Of a DNA stretch of 64,000 bases, positions 11,068 through 23,763 are shown piece by piece. Made by a program: the position numbers and the translations under genes. Origin of the DNA: Chiloscyllium plagiosum (lineage: Eukaryota); assembly GCF_004010195.1 (NCBI RefSeq), contig NC_057720.1, positions 21,301,882 to 21,365,881 on the forward strand, written 5' to 3'. The notes under the pieces were generated by a model. That model was not told the DNA's origin. It was given only the letters and a program-made list of their open reading frames with translations, and made no database searches. The first letter of the stretch is position 1. Each line of letters opens with the position of its first letter.

Positions 11068-13160
11068 ACAGACAATAGGTGCAGGAGTAGGCCATTCTGC
11101 CCTTCGGGCCAGCACCATCATTCATTATGATCATGGCTAATCATCCTCAATCAGTATCCTGTTCCTGCCTTATCTCCATAACCCTTGATTCCACTATCCT
11201 TAAGAGATCTATCCAACTCTTTCTTGAAAGTATCCAGAGACTTGGCCTCCACAGCCTTCTGTGGCAGAGCATTCCATACACCCAACACTCTCTGGGTGAA
11301 GAAGTTTCTCCTCAACTCTGTTCTAAGTGGCCTACCCCTTATTTTTACACTGTGTCCTCTGGTTTGGGACTCACCCATCAGCAGAAACATGCTTCCTGCC
11401 TCCAGAATGTCCAATCCTTTAACAATCTTATACGTCTCAATCCGATCCCCTCTCAGCCTTCTAAACTCAAGGGTATACAAGCCCAGTCGCTCCAATCTTT
11501 CAGCNNNNNNNNNNNNNNNNNNNNNNNNNNNNNNNNNNNNNNNNNNNNNNNNNNNNNNNNNNNNNNNNNNNNNNNNNNNNNNNNNNNNNNNNNNNNNNNN
11601 NNNNNNNGCCTGTCCAGGTCACCCTGTATTCTCCTAACATCCTCCTCACATTTCACCCTGCCACCCAGCTTTGTGTCATCAGCAAATTTGCTAATATTAC
11701 TTTTAATACCTTCATCTATATCATTAATGTACATTGTAAAAAGCTGCAGTCCCAGCACTGATCCCTGCGGCACACCACTGGTCACCGCCTGCCATTCTGA
11801 AAGGGAGCCGTTTATCACTACTCTTTGTTTCCTGTCAGCCAACCAATTTTCAATCCATGTCAGTATTTCGCCCCTTATACCATGTGCCCTAATTTTGCTC
11901 ACCAAACTCCTTGGAGTCCTTCCTTGGGGTCCAGTACCACCCTGATTCCCCCAGTCTACCTGCATGTTGAACAATTTCAGCTCCTTATTCAACTTACACA
12001 CTACATCCAGGCTACTGTTTGGGGGTCTGTAGATAAAGGTCTTTCTACCCTTAGAATTTCTCAGCTCTATCCATACTGACTCTACATCCCCTGATTCTAG
12101 ATCCCCCCGCGCAAGGGACTGAATATCATTCCTTATCAACAGGGCCACCCCACCCCCTCTGTCAGTAAGTCTGTCCTTACGATAACACGTATATCCTTGA
12201 ATATTCATTTCCCAGGCCCTGTCCACTTGAAGCCACGTCTCAGTTATTTGTGCCCATAACATCGTAACTGCCAATTTCCAAATGAGCCTAAAGCTCATTT
12301 CTAATGCTCCACCTTGTTTCTAGTGCTTCGTGCATTTATACATAATATTTTTAATTTGTTACTCCTCTCATCCTTCCTATCAATCCCTATTTCACTTGAC
12401 CTTATGGCATGATCCTTTTTTGAGTTTTCTGCTTCATTGTTTCCGTTGTCTTTCTTGACTTCTCTTGTTCTAACTTTCCCTTTAACTTCCTTCTTAAACT
12501 TCCAGTTTGTTCCCCACTATTTAGTTTAAACGCAGCTGTGTTGCAGTGGCAAACCTACCTGCCAGAATGCTGGTCCCCCACCTATTAAGATGCAACCCGT
12601 CCCTCTTGTATAATTTATCCTTACTGCTAAACATACCCCAGCGATCCAATTTAAATCCTTGCTTCCTGCACTAGTTCCCCAGCCACACATTCAAGTCCAT
12701 TATCTCCCTGTTCCTGTCCTCTCCAGCCTGAGGAACTGGAAGCAAACCGGAGATAACCACCCTGGATGTCCTGCTTTTCAGCCTTCTTCAGAGTTCTCCG
12801 AAGTCCCGCTGTAGAATGTCCCTCCTCTTCTTCCCCACGTCATTTGTGCCGACATGCACCACCACGTCTGGCTCTTCACCTTCGCCCTTGAGGATTTCCT
12901 GCACTCTGTCTGCGATGTTCTTAATCCTGGCACCAGGATGGCAACACACCATCCTCAAATCTCGCCAGTTGCCGCAGAAACCCCTTTCAGTCCCTCTCAC
13001 TATGGAGTCCCCTATTACCACGGCTCTATGTGATGTCTGACTCCTCAGCTCTGCCTCCACGTCAATTTCTGATTGGCAGACCTGACCGCCTCTCGGACTG
13101 GCAGTGACGTCTGTCTCTACGGTTTCCAAGAGATTCAACCTGCTCCTGACTTTTGCTCGT
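11068..13160 (-). mobile_element. CR1 LINE family E with ORF1 SGNH esterase and large internal ORF2 deletion
   Basis: ORF1 12788-13198 has VVIGDSIVR and VHVGTND (SGNH blocks). APE motifs ITETW, RKDR..RGGGVAL and YRPPNS join directly to [17 protein letters not shown]. 3' end at 11068. Confidence 0.92.
11505..11607. other. Assembly gap (103 N)
   Basis: Run of N inside the CR1 family E copy. Confidence 1.
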
Positions 13161-14092
13161 ATAAAAGTGTTAACTACTTTCTGCTTACCAGCTAACATGT
13201 TTCTTTCAAATTAGTGAATAACTAATTTCTTGGTCTCTTGGTAATTGGTACAAAAAGGGCTCATCTTTTATCAAAATTAATATCACATGCTTAATTTTGT
13301 AAAACATTGCTGCTGTTGAATCCAAACAATAAAGCTGCTTTTTTTTTGAAATTCTATGGTGTACTTCCAGGCTTGCAAGCATGAAGTGAGCTGCTCATTT
13401 GCTTTGGAACTTGTGTCACAGGGCATATGACGTGCATCATATTTACCCAGTTATCAGTTCATGATTAATTTGGCGAGTTATTGATGTTGACTGCGCAATA
13501 AATATTCTCTCCTTTGACTACTGTAATTCTTTCTCGTAGACTATAAAAATATGCCCTGCTTGTGGCTGCCACTTCTTTATGAAGTCTGTTGAGACATAAG
13601 CCTTATGTTCGGTAATTACAGTGCCATAGTCAGGCTTCTGACCAGTCTCTGCAGCATGCTTGCCTTTCGACGTTCCCATTTGTTCACTGAAAGCTACCTG
13701 CCAGAGTCACTCTGGAGTCTTAAAAAGGCTTTCTGTGAACAATCAAGCTGGAAGACATGGGTAATGATAAAGTCAAATGTGCCCTGTATGATAAAGGATG
13801 ATGCTAACCCTCATTTAGGTTGAAGTATATATAAGAATAAGAGATGCGTGGTTGAAGCTGCATTCTCTAATAGAATATTTCTGATATCACGCAACTGTGA
13901 TTAGTTTTGTGGAATAATTGCCTTTGTTGATTCCTGAATTAATTTAGAACAGGGTACAAAAAAATTTGAAATTATGACATTATTATTTTACAGCTTTCTA
14001 TCTTGTGAAATCACAACAAAAACCTCTTCATTTCACTTACCTTCTCTCAAATAGGTTTGAATTTTACAATATTCCCAGTTCATCAGGCATGT

Positions 14093-15349
14093 CCCGCTCT
14101 CAGTAGTGAGATGTTATGATGGTGAGGCTGCATGTCTGGAGTGAACCCACCAATATCTTAGTCATTGAGGGAGAAACTTCAAAGGCCTATATGATCTTCA
14201 GCCATGCCTTGAATTTATTTTTAAGTCCTTATGAGCCTTTTCTGGATATTTATTAAACTCCTTCTAAATGTCACACCAACACCATTAACAATAGAGGTTT
14301 TAGTTCCCTTTATGAGAGTGGAGGTCTGAGATTTCCTTATCTTAGTCATCAATGCAGCACTTCTGAAAAGGCAGGAGCTGTTTTTCAAGCAGACAGAACA
14401 CTTGCAAGCAAAATGCTAATTACAGTGAGAAAATCTCTCTCTCTCCTCTCTCATGCTGTTACCACCCACATATGAGTTGATTTTATTTTGTTCCCGAATT
14501 CAGCCACTAATGCAGATGATGCATCATCTTTAATGAATGCATGCTGATAAATACATAGCTGGCCTGTAAACAGACTGTGTCGGTGTACCTGTGGACTGCA
14601 CCATCAAGTTATCAGAAAAAGGTTCATTCTGGCCCCATCCAAACCCACCCTCCAACTCTCCCCACCCATCCATCATCACCCCAACACTCACCACCCATCC
14701 ATCACCACTCCAACACTCACCACCCATCCATCACCCGCTCTCAGTAGTGAGATGTTATGATGGTGAGGCTGCATGTCTGGAGTGAACCCACCAATATCTT
14801 AGTCATTGAGGGAGAAACTTCAAAGGCCTATATGATCTTCAGCCATGCCTTGAATTTATTTTTAAGTCCTTATGAGCCTTTTCTGGATATTTATTAAACT
14901 CCTTCTAAATGTCACACCAACACCATTAACAATAGAGGTTTTAGTTCCCTTTATGAGAGTGGAGGTCTGAGATTTCCTTATCTTAGTCATCAATGCAGCA
15001 CTTCTGAAAAGGCAGGAGCTGTTTTTCAAGCAGACAGAACACTTGCAAGCAAAATGCTAATTACAGTGAGAAAATCTCTCTCTCTCCTCTCTCATGCTGT
15101 TACCACCCACATATGAGTTGATTTTATTTTGTTCCCGAATTCAGCCACTAATGCAGATGATGCATCATCTTTAATGAATGCATGCTGATAAATACATAGC
15201 TGGCCTGTAAACAGACTGTGTCGGTGTACCTGTGGACTGCACCATCAAGTTATCAGAAAAAGGTTCATTCTGGCCCCATCCAAACCCACCCTCCAACTCT
15301 CCCCACCCATCCATCATCACCCCAACACTCACCACCCATCCATCACCAC
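14093..15349 (+). repeat. Tandem duplication, period 641 bp
   Basis: 14093-14708 repeats at 14734-15349 with no mismatch seen by eye. Confidence 0.95.
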
Positions 15350-15500
15350 CCCAACCTCTCCACTTGTCCATCACCAGTCCAATTTTCCCCATCCATCCAT
15401 CACCACCCCAATCTCTCCACCCATCCATCACCACCACAACCACTGCATCCATCCATCACCACCCCATCACTCTCCACCTCTTCACCACTCCTAACCCCAC
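15272..15500 (+). repeat. C-rich degenerate minisatellite (CCACCCATCCATCACCACCCCAA-like, ~26 bp)
   Basis: Repeated CCATCCATCACCAC units; a shorter array is at 14631-14733. Confidence 0.85.
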
Positions 15501-15891
15501 TTTGGCGATACAGTTATGGAGACGTTAGGGATGACCAATGGATAAATCATTCAGATCACAACGCAATAATGTTACATACAAAATTTTGAATGTTTCAAGA
15601 GGTGCTATAGTCAAAGTTCAATAGAAACTATGAGGAGAGAATATATACTTCAAACTGGACAAACATAAACCTTAATCCTCACATAAAGCAAATCCAAGAT
15701 CAATATTTCCACCAAACCCATCTGCCCATATGCCGAGTCAGTAAAGAACATAAAGATATTCACAACAGTCATTATTTCCAATCTGCAATAATATCATATG
15801 ATCAACTTGGACAATCTAGACTGAACCTGGGCTTCGTTACAGAGTCAGTATAATTTAAGTCTCCAAGTGCAGTTCAACTCACATGTGAGTT

Positions 15892-16216
15892 GGAGGTGGT
15901 ATGGTGGCTCAGTGGTTAGCACTGCTGCCTCACAGTGCCAGGGATCTGAATTCAATTCCCACCTTGGGAGACTGTCTATGTGGAATTTGCACATTCTCCC
16001 TGTGTCTGCATGGGTTTCCTTTGGGTGCTATGGGTTTCCTCCCACAGTCCAAAGATGTTTAGGTCAGGTGAATTGGTCATGCTAAATTGTCCATAGTGTT
16101 AGGTGCATTAGTCAGGGGTATATACAGGATAGGGGAATGGGTCTGGGTGGGTTACTCGCGGAGGGTCAGTGTGGGCCAAATGGCCTGTTTCCACACTGTA
16201 GGGCACCTAATCTAAT
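15892..16216 (+). mobile_element. tRNA-derived HE1/V-SINE-type SINE
   Basis: Box A TGGCTCAGTGG (15905-15915), degenerate box B near 15948-15960, V-domain TGTGGAATTTGCACATTCTCCC, and a CR1-like tail GGCCTGTTTCCACACTGTAGGG..CTAATCTAAT. Confidence 0.88.
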
Positions 16217-16654
16217 GCTCCACACAGTCGCATTTCCGGTTGTGTTCATGTTTGTGGTTGTCATGTTCTCCAGATGTATCACTCATTGCACAGAATATTC
16301 CTATGAGTGAAGTTACTGGACCTAATAGTCAATAAATCCCATTGTGGCGAGGTGAAATTAAATTGAATAATTGTTTGTATTTTAATGGCTGGGTGTAACA
16401 GAAGATAAAAATGACCATGAAACCTGCTGTTTGCCATGACTCCTTGGCATTGGGAAAGATAACCTGACACCCAGCCAGTTTTGCTGACAGTGTATTCCAA
16501 ACTCATGCGAGACCATTGGCTTCACATCTTCTGAGATCACCCAATTGTAAAAACTTTCGCTATTTGCGAAGGCCTGTCCCCAGTACCTCAGGACAGCTAG
16601 ACATAGACAATGGAGTAGCATTGCCCACATCTCAAGAAAATGAAAAATCAAAGA

Positions 16655-17015
16655 CAAATTATGAGGGACATGGATAGGATAAATAGACAAAGTCTTTTCT
16701 CTGGGGTCGGGGAGTCCAGAACTAGATGGCATAGGTTTAGGGTGAGAGGGGAAAGATATAAAAGAGACCTAAGGGGCAATTTTTTCACGCAGAGGGTGGT
16801 ACATGTATGGAAAATGAGCTGCCAGAGAATGTGGTACAATTGCAACATTTAAGAGGCATTTGGATGGGTATATGAATAGGAAGGGTTTGGAGGGATATGG
16901 GCCGGGTGCTGGCAGGTGGGACTAGATTGGGTTAGGATATCTGGTCAGCATGGACAGGTTGGACCGAAGGGTCTGTTTCCATGCTGTGCATCTCTATGAC
17001 TGTATGACTCTATGA
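16655..17015 (+). mobile_element. CR1 LINE 3' end with (ACTCTATG)n tail
   Basis: ORF2 C-terminus RDLRGNFFTQRVV and tail CTCTATGACTGTATGACTCTATGA. Related copies at 44630-44900 (-), 30195-30700 (-), 50480-50640 (-) and 57280-57520 (+). Confidence 0.9.
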
Positions 17016-18719
17016 CAAAGCTGGAAGGGGTGAAATCAGTGCAGGGTTCTAAATGAAACTGTTGTTGTATTGGCATCCTGCTATAATTCCAGCAGGATCC
17101 CCAAGGAACTGACTAACTCCCCCAAATGTCAAGACTGGATCTTTTTGCACAATATGGTGCCTGAATTGAAGGTATTAAAAATTCAATATCTGACAAATGC
17201 AATAACATCTGTGCCAACATGTAGCACAGCTGGTCTAGAGGATGTTACCTTCCACGACAACATTTTTCAATACCTTCTGTGACGGCTAGTTTCTGGCAAT
17301 GAATCATTACATCTGCTGTTGTTGTGGCGTATCTGCATTAATACAGAGATTGCAAGAACACTTCATTGGTTGTAGGGTACATTTGAAGCCTGCTCAATGA
17401 TGAAGAGTGCTGTAAAAAAGCTTCCCTGAATCAAGATGTTCATAGCTCATTGACCAAGAGACAATGTCAAACTCCAGGCAACTCTTTTTAAACCAAGTGC
17501 AGAATACCAAAGCAAATGCTGTCACCTTTCTCTGTTTGCAGCCTTTGATTAGGTTGTGTAACGTGGCCTGATAGCAGAAGATGATGTTCTGGCTGGTTTC
17601 CTGTCACTATCCAACAGAGCAGTCTTGCTGCAGGTAGAGTCAGTGCTACTTTAGTTATATTATGCTACGCTTGATAGCAAATCATGAACTCTTCACTCGA
17701 GATCATCCAGCAACCCTGAAGGATATGATTAAAAATCAGGAAAAAAATGGAAAAGGTGCACGCTCCATAGAAGGCAGTTGTAATTCTCACAGTTGGTGGA
17801 GAAACCTTCCAGAAAGTTCCCAGTTGTTTCCTCATTCCTATGACAATAATGAAAGAGCACAAGTTCACAATCTCCCCCAACTCTAAATCTTAAATCACAT
17901 GACATTCCCAAATACTTGACGGTGTATAGATCGTATTTTTTTATTCGATATCATGATTTTGAATTGTTTAAACATTGTATTCAACTTGATACAATTAAGC
18001 CTTTGCTAAAGCCCATGATTACATTTCAGCAAACTGCCACATATTGAATGCAATTAGTTAATTTATAAATTTACTTCAAATTAGAATTGACTTTTTTTTT
18101 GATGCATTAAATATATGATTGCTGTAAAACATGCTACCAAAAATATTCCAGTCAAATTATTTTGGCTCTAACATAAAGTATTACTTTGAATGCTTGAAAT
18201 GCTTCAAATGCTTTCAGTGTGAATTCTCAGAAATTGCCCTTCCCTCATGGGAGTGGATAGTTTAGATGTGAACATGACTGCCATTATCCGTGTGCACGTG
18301 TGCAGATATATCCATGCCATCATATTCCATTTTACAGCAGTTGTAAGGTCCAGGAAAACGCAGAAACAATTACAATCAGTCTGTAAAATCCTTTGATAGT
18401 GTGGAGTCCTTGGTTTGAATGGAAATAAGCATAATTAATTTTCAGAAACATCCATATAAAGACTAGGCTATTTAACAGTCATTGGAAACACTGATTACAA
18501 AGAGGTTTATAGATCTTTGCTGTGTTTACCTGATCTTCCAACCAGTTTATCATTGCATGTAAGAAATGGTTGTGTACAGGCTGTTTGTTTCCTACTTGGA
18601 ATGAATCTTGATGCAGTGAATATGATTATTTTTGTCATATCTCTCACTTTTTGCACACATGGACTGCATTGCTTCACCTAGTGGTGGCATTGCCCATAAA
18701 CACACCCTTCCCTCATACA

Positions 18720-18893
18720 CAGAGGAACCTCAATTATCCAAAGGACACGGATGGGGAGTATTTTGTTCGGTTAATCGAATTCTGGATAACCGAATGCCAG
18801 ATAACATAGTTTAGCCAAGCATCGGGACCTTGCGATCTTGCCGGATAATCTGATCTTGAGATAATCGAATGCCGGATAATTGAGGTTCCTCTG
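18720..18893. mobile_element. 174-bp MITE, Tigger/pogo-like terminal inverted repeats
   Basis: Perfect 20-bp TIR CAGAGGAACCTCAATTATCC (18720-18739) / GGATAATTGAGGTTCCTCTG (18874-18893), with internal GATAAYCGA-like repeats. Flanks are CA/GA rather than TA. Confidence 0.82.
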
Positions 18894-20859
18894 GAATCAA
18901 GTCTGAACGTAGGCTGAAGGTATATCTTATGCACATCGTGGGACTTTACAGAATTGTATACAGCTTTCTCAGAAAAAAATCCATAAAACAAATTTATGTT
19001 TCCCATTATTTTGGAGAAGAGTGGGTGTTAAGATTTACAGAAAGCTTGGTGTTTTGCCCTGGAATAATATCAGACAATGCCATAGATATGCAGAAGGTGT
19101 GAAGGTAGGGACGGGAGGGAGTGGAGTTAACATTTCAGATTGATGACCTGAACCACCATGGAAAGTCATCCATAGCAAACATTAACTGAATCCACAAAAA
19201 TGCTTGACCTGCTGAATTGATCCAGGGTTTTCAACTTTTATTTTGGACTTCAAGTAGCTACAGCATTTGCTGTTGTCTTTACTCACCTCTACTTTGTCAT
19301 TAAAATTAATGACTAGAAAAAAAAACTTCCCAATGTGAATCACTGAGTGCACTAATGAATTAAAACTATTGTACACAATGAAAGTGTTAAAGATCATGGC
19401 AGCCTCCTCATGCAGTGTGCAACATGTATAGAATTTTAATTGCCTGAGTTTCAGAGACTGACACATGCTTTCTAAGTAACACCATTTTTTTTGCAGTCCT
19501 CTGTGAATTAAGAGTGGTTATTTAAATTTTAACAAAGTGTGTTAAAATGTCAGGTGCTGCTGTCAGCACTGATTTTCTGTGAAGTTATGGAGTACCTTAA
19601 GTACAAAATATTGTCCCTTCTACACACAGTTCTTGCAATACAAGTCATTGATACTAGTGGATTAATTTGTTCTGATTTGAATCTCCTCACACAGCACATT
19701 TCCAGGGCTCTATAACAGACTGCTCTGACTAGAAGCAACATGACTGTGAGTGATCTTCTCATTACAAGGATGCAGTGACCCTTTCAATATTTGCATTTGG
19801 TGATTTGGAAATGTCCAGAACTGATGGCTTAAAGGATAAGGCATTGACATCTTAATGTTGATCATCACAACTTGACCCTATAGATAAATTGTCAGCATAA
19901 GGATAGAATGCATCCCCAATATGTTCCATCATGCTATTTATGCCAATATATTTTACTAATTTAACCAAACTTTAGTTATTTTAAGTAAAATATTTCTTTT
20001 TAGAAAACAATATTTATTTCAATGCATTTGGAAAATAAGACCTTTCAAGATGTTTGTAAAGTTTGTTAGTTATCATAGATTGTGAAATATCAAGTGAAGA
20101 TTACGTACAATTTTATCAACTTAATAATATTTGGAAATAAAATTGTTATATATTTCTAAATTAATCATATCTACAATATTAGTCCCAATGAATACTCAAT
20201 GTGTCAAATTATTTTTTTTGTTAAAATCTAAAAGAGCTATAATTGCGTACTTCATATTCACAGCGTTCCCCGTGCTTTTAAGATTGACTGCAAAACATCT
20301 TCACAAATGCACATACTGAATAGATCTCACATTGCTGTAGCTAATTCACTCCTTGAAAGGATTTTAGGTGGTTTTAACAGAAAACGCCATGTCAGACTAC
20401 AGAGGGCGTGTATACTAGCTGGGGAAGAAAGTATTGCTACTGCAATCTCATCAGAAGATTATCACTAACCACAAATCCAGAATGTAACATTAAACTGTAC
20501 AACAAGACAATTGCAGTAGTATGCAATACAATACATCAAATGAATATTACAATATACAAAGTGACATTCATTTGTAAGTGTATCTGTAAAGTACCTTGAT
20601 GGTTAGGTTGAGCTGGCAAATGTCAGGTGCTAATGACCATGGATTGCTTATGGCAGGTGCCCATAGACTGTGCCTTGAGATGCTTTCCAAACAGCATCTC
20701 ATGGTGAGCATCATGGAGAATCCTTACTGCCAGTAATGAGCTGAAGTTGCTCTGATATCCATGTTGAGATCTCTTGAAATCTAGCTTGTTTGGCACATTT
20801 GATAATGTTGGAAGCTGAATTTAACTAAGGTGAATTCCCATGAGCAAGGCGTTTAACAA

Positions 20860-22315
20860 GCTATTTCAATACAGTTACAACATTTACATCTACTCGAAAA
20901 TGTGGAAAATTGTCCTGTACATAAAAAGCAGAACAAATCAAACCCGATCAATTATTGCCTCATCAGTATACTTTCGATCATCGGTAAAGTGATGGAACAT
21001 GTCATCAACAGTGCTATCAAGCAGCACCTGCTCAGTTTGGGCCCCACTAGGGCCACTCAGCTTCTGACCTCATTACAGCCTTGGTTCAAACATGGACATA
21101 AGAGCTGAATTCCAGAGGGGAGGTGAGAGTGACAGCCCTTGACATCAAGGCCACATTTGACTGAGTATGGCATCAAGGAACGCTAGCAAAACTGGAATCA
21201 ATGGATATTGGTGACAAACTCTCTAGTGGTTGGAGTCATACCTGGCACAAAGGAAGATGGTCATAGTAGTTGGACATCAGTCATCTCAGTTCCAGGACAT
21301 CTCCCCAGGAGTTCCTCAGGGTAGTGTTCCAGGCCCAACCATCTTCAGCTTCTTTATCAATGACCTTCCCTCCATCATATGGTCAGAAGTGGGGATGTTG
21401 GCCGATGTTGGCACAATGTTCAGCACCATTCGTGACTCCTCAGAAACTCCTCCGTGTCCAAAAGCAACAGGATGTGGCCAATATCCAGGCTTGTGTTAAT
21501 AAGTGGCAAGTAACGTACGTGCCACAAAAATGCCAAGCTATGACCATCACCAATAAGAAACAATCTAACCACCATCCCTTGACATTTAATAGCACTTCTA
21601 TCACTGAATCCTCAATTATCAACACTCTACTGACCTGCTGTGCTGTTCCAGCAATAAAGTTTCAGCTTTGATCTCCAGCATCTGCAGACCTCACTTTCTC
21701 ACTCTAGGTGTTACCATTGACCAGAAACTCAACTGTACTCACCACATAAACATAACAGCAGAGCAGAGGCTAGGAATACTCCAGCGCGGAACTCACCTCC
21801 TGACTCCCCAAAACCTTTCCATCATTCAGAAGTGTGATGGAATAATTCCCAATTGCCTGGATGAGTGCAGCTCCAATTCAGAAAGCTTGACATCATCCAG
21901 TTCAAAGCAGCCCACTTGATTGGCACTACATCCACAAGCATCTATTCCTTCCATGACCAACACTCAGTAGTAGCAGTGTGTACTATCTATAAGATGTACT
22001 GCAGAAATTCACCTCACACAGCACCTTCCAAACCCATGACCACTTCTATCTATGAAGACAAGAGCAGCAGATATATGGGACCACCACCATCTTCAAGTCC
22101 CCTCCAAGTCATGCACCATCCTGACTTGGAAATACATCACCCTTCCTTCACTCGCTAGTTCAAAATCCTAGAATTCCCTCCCTATCGGCATTGTGGGTCA
22201 ACCCATAGCAGGTGGATTGCAGCAGTTCAAGAAGGCAGCTCACCACCACCTTCTCAAGGGCAACTAGGGACAAACAATAAATACTGGTCAGCCAGTGATG
22301 CCTAAATTCCACAAA
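20860..22315 (+). mobile_element. Non-LTR retrotransposon RT remnant (CR1/L2 group, distinct from the L3-like families)
   Basis: PVHKKQNKSNPINY..ISILSIIGKVME, VTALDIKATFD, GVPQGSVPGPTIFSFFINDLP; 3' UTR CAAGAAGGCAGCTCACCACCACC..AATAAATACTGG. Other 3' ends at 42080-42455 (+), 42705-42990 (-) and 57850-57975 (-). Confidence 0.85.
21630..21699 (+). mobile_element. Short PLE terminal-repeat insertion
   Basis: CTGACCTGCTGTGCTGTTCCAGC..CCAGCATCTGCAG flanked by CACTCTA at 21623-21629 and 21700-21706. Confidence 0.75.
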
Positions 22316-23482
22316 AAAAATTTAAAAGCAATAATTGTCTTTAATTGGCAACTCGCCATTGCCCAGCAAGAAATTTGCCATGCAACTTAATGGGAGCATA
22401 AAAGTTGGAGCAACATGCTATAATGTATGGTTAGACCTAGCTTAACCTCTCATCTGTTTCTGCAGAAATCCTACCATAGCCAATGTTTCTCAGACCCCCA
22501 TTGGATTCATCCCTAAGTGTCTATTGCCCAGATTTCACTATACTGAAAGATCACTCATTCATAAATGTAACATTTACTATATTTGTCTTGCTGCAGCTAA
22601 GTAAAGTCTTATAACAAGGAAGAGTTCATTCAGAAACACTAATCCCTATAACAACAAGCACTGGGATTCACAGCTCTACTACAAACAGTCCATAACCGCT
22701 TGGAGCTGTCAACTAAACTGAAGTGGCAGCCCTTACTGTGATAATTGATGGTTGTGAAATCAGACATGAAACAAACATTCAGTCAGTGAAACACCCAGCC
22801 AAAGGTCAACAGGCCAGATGAAATAGCAAGCAATCATTTTTTAAATGCTCCACAAATTTTTCTCAAGGATTTAAAAGTCTTGAATGCTTGACGTATTCTC
22901 TTCACAGGTGTTTTTGACCTGTCCTTTTGACACTTTCAACAGCTCTTCCTGATAGTTTTGACATGTCCTCCTGACTCGTCATCTTGACATGATTGACAGC
23001 TCCCTTTGACTGGTCATCATGACACATGCTTTGGATAGTTTTGAAAGTTGATGTTGACAGGTGTATCAATGGTTCCAATAAGTTTGACAGTAATGATTTT
23101 ATGCAGATTTTTTGCCTATTTTTGGCAATTGCAAAGGGCATCTTACTTCCCCAAAGACATCCCAGGACCAGATCCAAAGGAGTACCTTATGTCCCCAAAG
23201 GGTTAGTCTAAATTGACCCACAAAGTTCAGACTTGCACTTCCCGGGTTCTACCTGCACATATCAAGTTTCACACTTAAACACAAACTAAATCCCAATTCA
23301 GTGGAAGCTGCTGAGGATTTATATTGCCAGCTTCCACCATAAAACATCCCTACATCCTGCTCGCATTCCTGTCCCCAGGGAAATAGAAACTGCTGTATTT
23401 GGAATTGGCAATTATAATGTGACTTTTGAATATCTACATACACAACATCTATTGTGTGATCGTTAAAGAACACTGTCAGGTT

Positions 23483-23763
23483 CAAAGTTAAAAATCACAC
23501 AATAACAGGTTATAGTCCAACAGATTTATTTGGAAGCACTAGCTTTTTGAGCGCTGCTCCTTCATCAGGTGGTTGTGAAACTGGCCTGTTGACCTTTGGC
23601 TGGGTGTTTCACTGACTGAATGATTGTTTCATGTCTGATTTCACAACCACCTGATGAAGGAGCAGCTCTCCGAATGCTAGTGCTTCCTGTTGGATTATCC
23701 CCTGGTGTTGTGTGATTTTTAACTTTGTACACCCCAGTCCAACACCAGCAACTCCAAATCATG
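23483..23763. mobile_element. Palindromic non-autonomous PLE-type element with two opposed hammerhead-like cores
   Basis: Left arm 23483-23580 is the reverse complement of the right arm 23639-23727. Core CTGATGA-A-GGAG-CAGCT-CTCC-GAATG-CTA at 23651-23679, with a second degenerate core on the minus strand at ~23537-23571. Confidence 0.85.

Noticed and set aside
14041..14135. Minus-strand exon with perfect AG|GTAAGT donor and CAG acceptor
   Set aside because: All three frames contain stops. A non-coding exon cannot be excluded but is unsupported.
15171..15589. His/Pro-rich or Gly/Trp-rich ORFs
   Set aside because: Translation artefacts of the C-rich minisatellite.
15892..15970. tRNA gene (also 52004-52075)
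   Set aside because: A/B boxes are followed by a V-SINE body and LINE-like tail, so these are SINE heads.
22902..23177. 91-aa minus-strand ORF over the TGACA cluster
   Set aside because: Non-ATG start in the track, no recognisable domain, and the motifs fall in different codon phases.
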